Shown here piece by piece: positions 63,560-64,000 of a DNA stretch of 64,000 nt. Position 1 is the first letter of the stretch, and each line of letters starts with the position of its first letter. The notes beneath the pieces were generated by a model, which saw only the letters and a list, made by a program, of their open reading frames with translations, made no database searches and had not been told where the DNA came from. Source of the DNA: Antechinus flavipes (lineage: Eukaryota); contig NC_067402.1 in the NCBI RefSeq assembly GCF_016432865.1, positions 187,736,001 through 187,800,000 on the forward strand, written 5' to 3'. The translations under genes and the position numbers were made by a program.

Positions 63560-64000
63560 CGTAGTGCCAAATCAAATGTAAATTTTTCTGTTTGGTTTTT
63601 TAAAACCATTCACATACTAACTCCTATACTTTATGGCCCAGCTAAACTGACTTACTGTTTCTTGCACAAGATATTCCATCTGCCATTTTTGTACATTTGC
63701 ATTGGCTTTCTAGAATGCCTAGAATGTGCTTCGTCCTCAGTTCTGCCTCATAGAATCTCTTGTCTCTTTCAAAACTCTGCTCAAGTGCCATCTTCTACAA
63801 GAAATCCTTCTCTGATCCCTTAAAAGGTACTATTCTCTCTCCCCTCATAAAAATTACATTGTTTATTTTTACATATTATATATGCTTATTTATATAATTT
63901 GTTATCTTTCTTGATACAATGTAAATTCCTTGAGGACAGAGACTTTTTTTTTTTTTAATCTTTGTATCTCTAGTGCCTAGCACACACTTGACACAAGGAA
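63560..64000 (+). mobile_element. L2 3' fragment
   Basis: TGTAAATTCCTTGAGGACAGAGAC...GTATCTCTAGTGCCTAGCAC. Confidence 0.55.

Noticed and set aside
61300-64000. ZNF384, expected next by synteny
   Set aside because: No zinc-finger or poly-Q exon is visible; only repeats are present.

Overview
Vertebrate genomic DNA. The SINE and L1 sequences resemble marsupial, probably dasyurid, elements; this assignment is from memory of those families, not a search. The gene order matches human 12p13.31, all on the minus strand. From left to right: the 5' part of CHD4 (24 coding exons traced, 1292 codons, gene runs off the left edge), single-exon-CDS LPAR5, ACRBP (10 exons, 482 aa) and ING4 (8 exons, 249 aa). 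Intergenic and intronic DNA is rich in MIR, L2, L3/CR1, L1, RTE, marsupial SINEs and a hAT-like MITE. The most striking unexplained structure is two arrays of one motif, CA(T/G)CCCATAATA, all on the same strand and separated by unrelated C-rich spacers. One array has 16 exact CCCATAAT cores directly upstream of the CHD4 promoter. The other has 9 cores about 12 kb further upstream, in a GC-rich patch with minus-strand splice signals that suggest an upstream CHD4 promoter and exons. Other highlights: an L1 insertion with an apparent 3' transduction, an ACRBP lacking the Glu/Gln-rich spacer, and loss of the GC wobble donor in ING4.
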